From the NCBI GenBank assembly GCA_963555995.3, contig OY821641.1:2752001-2816000 (forward strand): 64,000 bases of DNA, read 5' to 3'. How positions within the stretch are numbered: the first letter of the stretch is position 1; each line of letters opens with the position of its first letter. Positions 38,749 through 47,269 of this stretch are shown in pieces. Under the pieces are notes generated by a model. It saw nothing but the letters and a program-made list of their open reading frames with translations. It was not told the DNA's origin and ran no database searches. Position numbers and translations under genes: made by a program. This DNA comes from Vicinamibacteria bacterium. Its GTDB lineage: Bacteria > Acidobacteriota > Vicinamibacteria > Marinacidobacterales > Marinacidobacteraceae.

Positions 38749-39648
38749 ATGACGGGCGCGTGGGTCAACATGGACGGCTGGATCGGGCCGGCGCACGAGG
38801 CGCGGGTGAGCCCGGTGGACGCGGGGTTCCTCTACGGGGAGGCGGTATACGAGAACCTGCGGACGTACCGTCACGTCCCCTTCCTCTTCGTCCGGCACCT
38901 GACGCGGCTGCGGAACTCGGCGCGGTTCCTCGGGATTCCGTTTGACATCTCCGACGCGGAGGTCACGGCCCGGCTCCGAGCCACCCAGGAGGCCAGCCGC
39001 ATCGCCGGGGAACACTCGCTCCGGGTGATCCTGACGGCGGGACCCGCGGGCGGCGCGCCCTCCCTCATCATCTTGGTGCGGCCGCTGCCGCCTCTGCCGG
39101 TGGACCCGGAGCGGGAGGGCGTCGGGGTCCTCCTCTCGGACTGGGTCCGCGCCGCGCCGGGCGGGCTCCCCGCCGACGTCAAGACCACCAATCTGCTCGG
39201 GGCGCGGCTGGCGGTGCGGGAGGCGGAAGCGGCAGGGGCGCACGAGGCAGTGATTCGGGGGTCTCACGGCGATCTCGCCGAGGGGGCCACCTCGAACCTC
39301 TTCCTGGTGGAGGACGGCGAGATCCGCACGCCGTCGCTCGACGACGGCCTCCTCCCCGGCATCACCCGAGCCCTGGTGCTGGAGGTGCTCGGCGAACAGG
39401 GGATTCCCTTCCGCGAAACGACCCTCGAGCCGGGGCGGCTCGCCGTCGCCGCCGAGGCATTCCTGACCAGCTCCTCGCGCGAGGTGCTCCCGGTCACCTG
39501 GTCGGTGAAGGCCGGAACGCCGCGCCGGAGCATCGGGGACGGCGCGCCGGGTCCGCTGACGCTGCGCGCCCTGGCCGCTTACCGCCGGGCCGTCGCCCGG
39601 CTCCTCCCCGAATCGCTTCCCGCGCCCGAGCGCGGAGGCGCGCCGTGA
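38749..39648 (+). CDS. Class IV aminotransferase (IlvE/PabC/D-alanine aminotransferase family)
   Basis: DAGFLYGEAVYE, HLTRL, VKTTN, AEGATSNLF, LPGITR, EAFLTSS. Confidence 0.9.
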   Translation: MTGAWVNMDGWIGPAHEARVSPVDAGFLYGEAVYENLRTYRHVPFLFVRHLTRLRNSARFLGIPFDISDAEVTARLRATQEASRIAGEHSLRVILTAGPAGGAPSLIILVRPLPPLPVDPEREGVGVLLSDWVRAAPGGLPADVKTTNLLGARLAVREAEAAGAHEAVIRGSHGDLAEGATSNLFLVEDGEIRTPSLDDGLLPGITRALVLEVLGEQGIPFRETTLEPGRLAVAAEAFLTSSSREVLPVTWSVKAGTPRRSIGDGAPGPLTLRALAAYRRAVARLLPESLPAPERGGAP

Positions 39649-41642
39649 TCGAACTCGGACTCCTCGGCGACCTGGCCCTGCTGGTGGGCCTCGCGATCCC
39701 GATCGTGGCGCTCGCGCACCGCGTGAACGCTCCGCCGCTGCTGGGATTCGTGCTGGCCGGCGTGCTCGTCGGACCCGCCGGCCTCCGGTTGATCGCGGTT
39801 CCCGAAAACATCGAGACGCTGACGGAACTCGGCGTCGCCCTGCTGCTGTTCGCGGTCGGTCTCGAACTGTCGCTCTCCCAGGTGCGGGACTGGGCCCGCA
39901 TGGTGTTCGTGGGCGGCGGGGTCCAGGTGGGCGGGACGATCCTCGTCGTGGCCCTCGCCGCCACCCTGTTCGGGGTCCCGGCGCCCTACGCCCTCTTCTA
40001 CGGCGCGCTCGGCGCGATGTCGTCCACGGCGATCGTCGCCAAGACCATCGCCGACCGGGAAGAACTCGAAACGGAGCACGGCCAGGCTTCGATCAGCCTG
40101 CTGATCTTCCAGGACCTGTCCGTCCTGCCGCTGGTGCTGCTGCTGCCGCTGGTGGCGGGCTTTCAGGGCGACGCGGCCGCGGCCGCCGTCGGCGGACTGG
40201 TTCGCGGGCTGGTGATCGTGACGTTGCTGATCTTCGGCGGACGCCTGCTGGCGCCCTGGGTGCTCGACCGGATCGTGCTGCTCAAGGACCGGGAACTCTT
40301 CACCCTGTGCGTCGCGTTCTTCGGCCTGGGCGCCGCGCTCGTCACCCACACCGCGGGCTTTTCGCTGGCGATCGGGGCGTTTCTGGCGGGCCTCATCCTC
40401 TCGGAGTCGGAATACGGGGTGCAGGCCCTGTCCGACGTGCTGCCCTTCCGCGCCCTGTTCACGGGCGTGTTCTTCAGTTCGATCGGACTGCTGCTGGACC
40501 CGTCGGTCCTGTCGGGAAATCCCCTGCTCGTGATCGGGTTGGGAGTGGCGACGCTGGTGGTCAAGTCGCTGCTCGTCGCCGCCGGAGTGCTGGCGGCCGG
40601 CGGCCGGCTCTCCACCGCCCTCGCCGCCGGTGTGGGTCTCGGCCACGTCGGTGAGTTCGCCTTTCTGCTTGCGGCGGTCGGCGTCCCGCTCGGGCTGTTC
40701 CGGGGCGCCGACTACCAGTTGTTCCTGAGCACGGCGGTGCTCTCCATGATCGCCGCGCCGCTCCTGATCCGGGCCGGTCCGGCCATCGTGGAATGGGTGG
40801 ACCGGCGCCAGCCGCGCGACTCGCACCCGGACGGCGAAGCAATCCACGCCGCCGCGGACCACACGATCGTCGTGGGCTACGGGCTCGCCGGACGCTACCT
40901 GGCGCGGATGCTCCAGGCGGCGGGCATCGCCTGCATCGTGGTGGACCAGAACCCCGAACTGGTGCGCCGGGCGCGCGCCGACGGCATCCCGGCCCTCTTC
41001 GGGGACGGCACCCAGCCGGCCGTGCTCGATCACGTGCAGGCGCGCCGGGCGCGCACGATCTTCTTCACGATCCACTCGCCCGGCAACGAGCGCCGGGGGG
41101 TGGAGCTTGCGCGCGAACTGAACCCGGCGGCCCGGATCGTGGTCCGCACGCGCTACGTGCGGGCGATTGACGACCTGCTGGAGCTCGGCGCCAACGATGT
41201 CGTCGTCGAGGAGTTCGAGGCGTCGCTGGAACTCTTCGCCAAAGCGCTGGAAAGCTACGAAATCCCGGTCAACCGCATCTGGCGCGAACTCGAGTCCGTG
41301 CGCGGCGAGCACTACGGCCTGTTCCGCGGCCGCCCCCATCCCGATCTTCGCCTCGACACGCTGAAGCACCTCGGCATCCACAACGCGCTGGAGCTGGTGG
41401 AGGTCGAGACCACCGCCGCCGCCATCGGAGAGACCGCCTCCGTGATTGATCTCCGGAAGCGTACAGGGGCCATCCAGGTAGCCGTGGTCCGCGACGGCCA
41501 GCCCATCCATGAGCGGCAGGCCGAGACGCGGTATCGGGCCGGCGACACGGTGGTGCTGATCGGGGACCGGGCCAGCCTGGACGCCGCGCTCGAGCTGTTT
41601 CGGTCCCCGCGAGCCGGCGGTCCGCCGTCGCTTCCTTTCTGA
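39645..41642 (+). CDS. CPA2 cation:proton antiporter with TrkA-N and TrkA-C domains (Kef-like)
   Basis: ELGVALLLFAVGLE, LIFQDL, GAFLAGL, GEFAF, IVVGYG, C-terminal RCK-C domain. Confidence 0.92.
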   Translation: MIELGLLGDLALLVGLAIPIVALAHRVNAPPLLGFVLAGVLVGPAGLRLIAVPENIETLTELGVALLLFAVGLELSLSQVRDWARMVFVGGGVQVGGTILVVALAATLFGVPAPYALFYGALGAMSSTAIVAKTIADREELETEHGQASISLLIFQDLSVLPLVLLLPLVAGFQGDAAAAAVGGLVRGLVIVTLLIFGGRLLAPWVLDRIVLLKDRELFTLCVAFFGLGAALVTHTAGFSLAIGAFLAGLILSESEYGVQALSDVLPFRALFTGVFFSSIGLLLDPSVLSGNPLLVIGLGVATLVVKSLLVAAGVLAAGGRLSTALAAGVGLGHVGEFAFLLAAVGVPLGLFRGADYQLFLSTAVLSMIAAPLLIRAGPAIVEWVDRRQPRDSHPDGEAIHAAADHTIVVGYGLAGRYLARMLQAAGIACIVVDQNPELVRRARADGIPALFGDGTQPAVLDHVQARRARTIFFTIHSPGNERRGVELARELNPAARIVVRTRYVRAIDDLLELGANDVVVEEFEASLELFAKALESYEIPVNRIWRELESVRGEHYGLFRGRPHPDLRLDTLKHLGIHNALELVEVETTAAAIGETASVIDLRKRTGAIQVAVVRDGQPIHERQAETRYRAGDTVVLIGDRASLDAALELFRSPRAGGPPSLPF

Positions 41643-41691
41643 GATTCACCGTCCCCGGCCTTCTCCGCCGGTGGTACATTCGCGGGTGGAC

Positions 41692-43977
41692 ATGTTCGCG
41701 GCCCTGCCCCGCGGAAGGGCCGCGGCCGGTGTCCTGCCAGCAGGAATCGCCGCGGCTCTTTTGCCGTTTCTGACCGTCGAAACGGCCTTCTCCCAGCAGC
41801 CGGTGGACTTCGAGACCGCGCGTCTCGACCGCCGCCTCCCGGCGGTGCGGGCGACCCGGACCATCCGGATTGACGGTGTCCTCGACGAGGACGAATGGGC
41901 CGGCGCTCCCGTCGCGACGGATTTCATCCAGGGCAACCCCAACGAGGGGATGCCCGCGACCTTCGCGACCGAGGTCCGGGTTCTCTACGACGACGAGTTC
42001 CTCTACGTCGGCGCGGTCGCCCACGACGACCCCGACGGACTGATCGTGAACGACCTCTCGCGGGACTTCTCGACCCGCGCCGGCGACATCTTCGGCGTCA
42101 CGGTGGACACGTTCCACGACCGGCGGAACGGCTACATGTTCGAGACGAACCCGGCCGGGGCGAAGTTCGACGGACAGGTCTTCAACGAAGGGCGCGAGTT
42201 CAATCGCGACTGGGACGGCGTCTGGTACGTCGAGACGCTCCGCACTGCCGGCGGCTGGCAGGCGGAGATGGCGATCCCCTTCAAGACGCTGCGGTTCCGT
42301 GAGAGCCCCGAACAGACCTGGGGCATCAACTTCCTGCGGCGGATCCGGAGGCTGAACGAGGACTCGTTCTGGGCGCCGATCCCCCGGTTCTTCAACTTCG
42401 CCCGCATCTCCTACTCGGGGACCATCGAGGGGCTCACCGGACTCCGGTCCGGGGGCCGGTTCAAGGTGACCCCGTACGCGCGGGCGGAGACGAGCCAGGG
42501 CCCCGCCGATTCCGACGAGGGAACCGTGAATTCTGCCGACCTCGGGGTGGACGCCAAGGTCCTCGTCGGTACCGGACTGAATCTGGATCTGACCGCGAAC
42601 ACGGACTTCTCCCAGGTCGAGGCCGACGTCCAGCAGGTCAACCTGACCCGCTTCAACCTCTTCTTTCCCGAGAAGCGGGACTTCTTCATCGAGAACTCCG
42701 GCATCTTCCGTTTCGGGGTCCCGAGCGATTCGAGGGTCACCCAGTTCCGGGCCGACTTCGGGCAGGCCTTCAACCCCGCCACTCTGCGCGCCAGCCAGAG
42801 CCGGGGCGACGACCTCTACCTGTTCTTCAGCCGGCGCATCGGCCTCTCGCGGACGGGCACCCCGATCCCGGTGCTCGGCGGGGGGCGGCTCACCGGACGG
42901 GCCGGCGCCTACGAACTCGGGGTGATGAGCATCCAGACCGGGGAACACGAGGACGCCCCTGGAACCGAGAACTTCACGGCCGTCCGGGTGCGCCGCAACG
43001 TCGGGGGCAACTCGGACGTGGGCGCCGTCTTCCTGAACCGGGAAACGGGGTCCGGGAGCGAACACTACAACCGCTCGATGGGCCTCGACGCCAACATCCG
43101 GCTCACCCCCGAGCTGGAGGTCAACTCGTTCTGGGCGCGGACCGCGACGCCCGGACTCGCCGGCGACGACCAGGCGGCGCGGGTGGCGGCGAACTACGAC
43201 GGCCGTCTCTGGCAGTTCCGGGGCGCCTGGACCCGGCTCGGGGACGACTTCAACCCCGAGATGGGCTTCGCCCCCCGGATCGGCGTCCGCCGCCTGCTCG
43301 GCTACGTCGGCTACCACTACCGCCCGTCCTGGTGGAGCGACATCGTGCGGGAGATCAATCCCCACTTCGAGTGGAACGACTACGTGAACTCCGACGGGGA
43401 GCTGGTGAGCCGCTACACCAACTGGCACGTCGGCTTCCGCCACCAGAACGGGGCGTTCTTCGAGTTCGGCTACAACGACAGCATCGAGAACACTTTCGCG
43501 CCGTTCCCCCTGCACCCGACCACCACGGTGCTGCCGGGCGAGCACCCCTACGACGAATGGTTCGTCATGCTGTTCTCGGACCCGAGCCGGCCGATTTCCC
43601 TGAACGGCCGCTACGACTGGGGAGGCTTCTACTCCGGGGACCGGAAGGCGTTGAACCTGAGCACGGTGGTCCGCGTCGGCGGGAAGCTGACCTCCTACAT
43701 CGGCTGGAGCCGGAACGACATCTCGCTCCCCGAGGGCGCGTTCGTCGCCGACCTGCTCACCGCCCGGGTCACCTACACCTTCACCACCACGATGTTCCTG
43801 AACGCGCTGATCCAGTACAACAACATCACCGAGGACTGGAGCTCGAACATCCGCTTCAACCTGATCCACCGGCCCCTTTCCGACTTCTTCATCGTGCTGA
43901 ACGACCGGCGCGACCCGATGGGCAACCGCCTCGACCGGGCGCTCATCGCCAAGTACACGATCCTGATGGACTTTTGA
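41692..43977 (+). CDS. DUF5916 / CBM9-like domain outer-membrane protein
   Basis: IDGVLDEDEW, DTFHDRRNGYMF, WQAEMAIPFKTLRF, NTDFSQVEAD, FFPEKRDFFIE, FFSRRIGL; C-terminal Phe. Confidence 0.85.
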   Translation: MFAALPRGRAAAGVLPAGIAAALLPFLTVETAFSQQPVDFETARLDRRLPAVRATRTIRIDGVLDEDEWAGAPVATDFIQGNPNEGMPATFATEVRVLYDDEFLYVGAVAHDDPDGLIVNDLSRDFSTRAGDIFGVTVDTFHDRRNGYMFETNPAGAKFDGQVFNEGREFNRDWDGVWYVETLRTAGGWQAEMAIPFKTLRFRESPEQTWGINFLRRIRRLNEDSFWAPIPRFFNFARISYSGTIEGLTGLRSGGRFKVTPYARAETSQGPADSDEGTVNSADLGVDAKVLVGTGLNLDLTANTDFSQVEADVQQVNLTRFNLFFPEKRDFFIENSGIFRFGVPSDSRVTQFRADFGQAFNPATLRASQSRGDDLYLFFSRRIGLSRTGTPIPVLGGGRLTGRAGAYELGVMSIQTGEHEDAPGTENFTAVRVRRNVGGNSDVGAVFLNRETGSGSEHYNRSMGLDANIRLTPELEVNSFWARTATPGLAGDDQAARVAANYDGRLWQFRGAWTRLGDDFNPEMGFAPRIGVRRLLGYVGYHYRPSWWSDIVREINPHFEWNDYVNSDGELVSRYTNWHVGFRHQNGAFFEFGYNDSIENTFAPFPLHPTTTVLPGEHPYDEWFVMLFSDPSRPISLNGRYDWGGFYSGDRKALNLSTVVRVGGKLTSYIGWSRNDISLPEGAFVADLLTARVTYTFTTTMFLNALIQYNNITEDWSSNIRFNLIHRPLSDFFIVLNDRRDPMGNRLDRALIAKYTILMDF

Positions 43978-44011
43978 TCACTGTCCCGCGGCAGCGGGAA
44001 AGGAGAAAACC

Positions 44012-44401
44012 ATGAAGACCATGCTCGACCAGCACAAGGACACCGCCTATGCGCTCCTGCGCATCGTCGCGGGGTTCCTTTTCTTCTGCCACGGCGCGCA
44101 AAAGATCTTAGGGCTGATGCTCCGGGAGGGTCAGTCCCAACCCGCACTGATGTCCCTTCATGGTCTCGCCGGCGTCATCGAACTCGTCGGGGGACTAATG
44201 ATCGCCGCAGGATTTCTCACTGGAATCGCCGCTTTCATCTGCAGCGGCCAGATGGCTGTGGCCCATTTCTACAGTCACCAGTTTGCCGGAAACGGATTCT
44301 GGCCGATCCAGAATCGCGGTGAACTGGCGATCATCTACTGCTTCCTGTTCCTGTTCATCGCCATGGCCGGTGCCGGGAAGTGGAGCGTGGACAACCGCTG
44401 A
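44012..44401 (+). CDS. DoxX family membrane protein
   Basis: LLRIVAGFLFFCHGAQK, GVIELVGG, SGQMAVA, GELA, GAGKWSVD; AGGAG RBS. Confidence 0.92.
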   Translation: MKTMLDQHKDTAYALLRIVAGFLFFCHGAQKILGLMLREGQSQPALMSLHGLAGVIELVGGLMIAAGFLTGIAAFICSGQMAVAHFYSHQFAGNGFWPIQNRGELAIIYCFLFLFIAMAGAGKWSVDNR

Positions 44402-44419
44402 GGGATCCCTCCCCGGGTT

Positions 44420-44574
44420 GGAACGCCGGCTTCAGCCGGCACAGCGGCCCGTAGGGCCGCGGGCGGTTTGTCGCTACCCCGGGTCCATTGGCGCGCGCAA
44501 CTGCGCCATCCCGGCGAATGATGCGGTCCCGCAGCCCGCCTTCGGCGGGCTGTGCCGGCTGAAGCCGGCGCTCC
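44420..44574. repeat. Inverted pair of type B REPs (REPIN-like)
   Basis: Same 155-bp length and layout as the element at 32301-32455. Confidence 0.85.
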
Positions 44575-44613
44575 AAGCCGTTCCGCCGTTTTCCTGACCG
44601 GCGGAGTGAGCAG

Positions 44614-45018
44614 TCAGCGCCGGCGGCGGCGCTGCCGCTGGATGACCTTCATCTGGTCCGGGTCGGTGACGCCGATGAACAACTGGTCATTCTCCTCCAT
44701 GACCTCGCCGGTGATCTGCAGGTTCCGTCCCTTGTAGCGCTTCATCGGGTCCACGCCCGTCCACAGGTGCATGTGGGACTCCGGAATGAGGGCCAGGAAG
44801 CCCGAGAGGAAGGAGATGTGAAAGCCGGACCCCTGAATCATCCGGACATCAACAGCCCGGCCCCCGACGGTGATCTCCTCGCCGACGTGCTCGGCGGTCA
44901 CGTCCCCGACCGCCACCACCTCGACCTCTTCCTCGGCCGGGGGATCCTGCGCCGACGCCACCGGGGCGATCAGGAGCGCGAGCGCGGCCGCCGCCGCGCG
45001 CCGGTTGCGGATTCTCAT
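44614..45018 (-). CDS. Secreted small OB-fold-like protein with C-terminal poly-Arg tail (paralog 1)
   Basis: Signal peptide ...ASA-QD, HVGEEITVGG...YKGRNLQITGEV...IGVTDPDQM, ends QRQRRRRR; GAGGAGG RBS. Confidence 0.7.
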   Translation of the reverse strand: MRIRNRRAAAAALALLIAPVASAQDPPAEEEVEVVAVGDVTAEHVGEEITVGGRAVDVRMIQGSGFHISFLSGFLALIPESHMHLWTGVDPMKRYKGRNLQITGEVMEENDQLFIGVTDPDQMKVIQRQRRRRR

Positions 45019-45140
45019 GGCAGCCTCCTCGGCCGGCCCCTTCGCGGCGACGGACGGGAGAAAAACCGGCGAGGGCGGCGTACTCCCGTTATAGCAGCCC
45101 GTGACGAAACACGGGTGGTGTTCGGTCTGGCGTTGGGCCG

Positions 45141-45638
45141 CTAGCGGCCGGCGGAAACCACGGCGGCGTTCGACACCGCGGCCGCCGCCCTGATCGCTTC
45201 GGCCGGGTCCGGACCGCGCGGGCGCCGGCGGCGGCGGGTCCGGGGAACGATCTCGATCTGACTGCGCTCGCTGACGCGGATGTAAGGCAGTTCGCCCTGT
45301 TCCTCGATCTCGCCGGTGATCTTGATGATGCGCCCCCGGGCGTAGACCTTCACCGGGTCGGTCCCTTCCCAGTCACCAAGATCCTCCCGGGGGATGAACA
45401 CCCGGAAGGGGTAATCAATGTGGGTCCGGTCGAAGTGGATCGTGATGCCCTGGACGGGGTTGCTCTCGGTTCTGGCGATCCGTCCACGCACGACCAGATC
45501 CTCCCCGACGTTGTCGAGGGTGATCTCGTGCGCCTCCACGAACTCCTCCTCTTCGGCGGGAGGATCCTGAGCCAATGCCGGGGGAACGATCAGGAGCGCG
45601 AACGCGGCCGCAGCCGCGAGTGGTAAGCGGAATCTCAT
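45141..45638 (-). CDS. Secreted small OB-fold-like protein with poly-Arg motif (paralog 2)
   Basis: Signal peptide ...ALA-QD, NVGEDLVVRG...FRVFIP...GRIIKITGEI...IRVSERSQI, then RTRRRRRPR; same leader as paralog 1. Confidence 0.7.
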   Translation of the reverse strand: MRFRLPLAAAAAFALLIVPPALAQDPPAEEEEFVEAHEITLDNVGEDLVVRGRIARTESNPVQGITIHFDRTHIDYPFRVFIPREDLGDWEGTDPVKVYARGRIIKITGEIEEQGELPYIRVSERSQIEIVPRTRRRRRPRGPDPAEAIRAAAAVSNAAVVSAGR

Positions 45639-45741
45639 GGCAGCCTCCTCGGCCGGCCCCTCTGCGGCGACGGACGGGAGAACCGCACTGGCCAGCCGGG
45701 GCCGGCGCACTGCTCTTTGTAACAAGACCTGCGCCCCCGAG

Positions 45742-46152
45742 TCAAAGGGGGAGCCGGGAGCGCCCGCCTTCGGGGCGCCCCTCTTTCCCCGCCTGACGGC
45801 GATAGTGCAGGCGCCGCGCGGCCCACGCGAAGGCGAAGAAATATCGGCGCAGTCCACTGGAGGAGTCCGCAGGCACGTCGGGATCAAGAAAGAGCCGACA
45901 GAACTCCTCACGGGCGCGCCGGATTTCCCGGGCCCGGTGGCCCCGCCAGCGCGCGTCGGCGCCGGTCAGGTCGAACAACTCCAGGGCCCTTGCGAAAGCG
46001 CCCTCGAACCGGCGGCTCGCGCCCGCTTCATGCGCCCGAATCGCGCGATCCACCTCGCTTCCCACGTTTCCGAGCTGCTCGACCAGTTCCAGTCGCGCCC
46101 AGCCCTCGCGGGCGGCCTGCTTGTGCAGCACTCCCGCGGTCTCGCTCCTCAT
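45742..46152 (-). CDS. Hypothetical helical protein coupled to the DUF5674 gene
   Basis: WARLELVEQLGNVGSEVDRA...RALELFDLT...EIRRAREEF...YF; ATGA overlap with the upstream gene. Confidence 0.7.
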   Translation of the reverse strand: MRSETAGVLHKQAAREGWARLELVEQLGNVGSEVDRAIRAHEAGASRRFEGAFARALELFDLTGADARWRGHRAREIRRAREEFCRLFLDPDVPADSSSGLRRYFFAFAWAARRLHYRRQAGKEGRPEGGRSRLPL

Positions 46153-46538
46153 TCCGGAGGGACGAGTGAGTCCACCACGTCCCGGATGCGGGCGCGGACC
46201 TCGGGAGAGTCAACGCCGCGAGAGCGGTTCCCCTGGCTCGGGCGCAGGTTGATCATCGAGTCGAACTCGATCCAGCCGGCCCCGCGCTCGCCCGGATACA
46301 GATTGATTCCCCACAGATCCCACTGGTCCGAATCGTCCGCGAGGAGCACCGCCTCGTCGTCCGCATGGAGTTCCCCGCCGACTGCCATGACGCTGCGGGA
46401 AATGTCCACGACGGCCTTGATGAAATCTCCGAACTGCATCTCGGCCAAGCGCGCCAATTCTGCGCGGGAGATGCGGTCGCGAACAATTCGCCCGGTAGTC
46501 ACGGGGTCGGCTGGCCTCGTTCCGGCATCGTCCACCAC
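46149..46538 (-). CDS. DUF5674 family protein
   Basis: IKAVVDI...AVGGELHADDE.VLL...DLWGINLYP...IEFDSMINLRPSQGNRSRGV. Confidence 0.8.
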   Translation of the reverse strand: MVDDAGTRPADPVTTGRIVRDRISRAELARLAEMQFGDFIKAVVDISRSVMAVGGELHADDEAVLLADDSDQWDLWGINLYPGERGAGWIEFDSMINLRPSQGNRSRGVDSPEVRARIRDVVDSLVPPE

Positions 46539-46544
46539 CGGCCG

Positions 46545-47264
46545 TCAATGCAGCGTCTCGGAGCGCTTCCGTTCGTGCTCTTCGTAGTAGCGGTCGAAGC
46601 GCGCGCGGCGCCGCCGGCGCACCAGGTCGCTCCAGAGGACACCCAGGCGGGACCGGTATCGCGGAACCAGGCCGTCCCGCCGCAGCAGCACGTACCCCAC
46701 CACCAGCCCCCCGAGGTGGGCGATGTGGGACACCCCGTCGGAGGCCGCCGAAAGGGAGCCCGCCAGCGAAATGAAGCCGAAGAGGATCACCATGTGCCGC
46801 GCGCTCATCGGCAGGATGCCGAGCAGATAGACCTGCGCCGACGGGAACAGCAGGCCGAAGGCCAGCAGCAGCCCGTACACCGCCCCGGAGGCGCCGATGT
46901 GGAGCGCATCGAAGAACGCCGGCAGCGGCAGCAACGCGAAGAGTCCGGCCCCGACGCCGCAGAGCAGGTAGTAGCGGACGAAGCGGCGCCGTCCCCAGAC
47001 CTGCTCGAGCTGCGACCCGAACATGTAGAGGACGAACATGTTCATCAGCAGGTGGAACAGACCGCCGTGCAGGAACATGTAGGTGAAGAGGCGCCAGACC
47101 TGGAGCGAGAGCACCGCGGGCGGGTAGAGCCCGAGGAACACGGTGACCGCCGGGATCACAAGCTGGACCAGGTACACCCCGCCGGTGATCAGGATGAGCT
47201 GCTTGACGCCCTTGGGCATGGCTCCGCTTCCGAAGCCGATCGCGGTCCGGTAGCCCCGGTACAT
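46545..47264 (-). CDS. Rhomboid intramembrane serine protease
   Basis: WRLFTYMFLH, HLLMNM, GASGA, AHLGG. Confidence 0.93.
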   Translation of the reverse strand: MYRGYRTAIGFGSGAMPKGVKQLILITGGVYLVQLVIPAVTVFLGLYPPAVLSLQVWRLFTYMFLHGGLFHLLMNMFVLYMFGSQLEQVWGRRRFVRYYLLCGVGAGLFALLPLPAFFDALHIGASGAVYGLLLAFGLLFPSAQVYLLGILPMSARHMVILFGFISLAGSLSAASDGVSHIAHLGGLVVGYVLLRRDGLVPRYRSRLGVLWSDLVRRRRRARFDRYYEEHERKRSETLH

Positions 47265-47269
47265 GGCGC

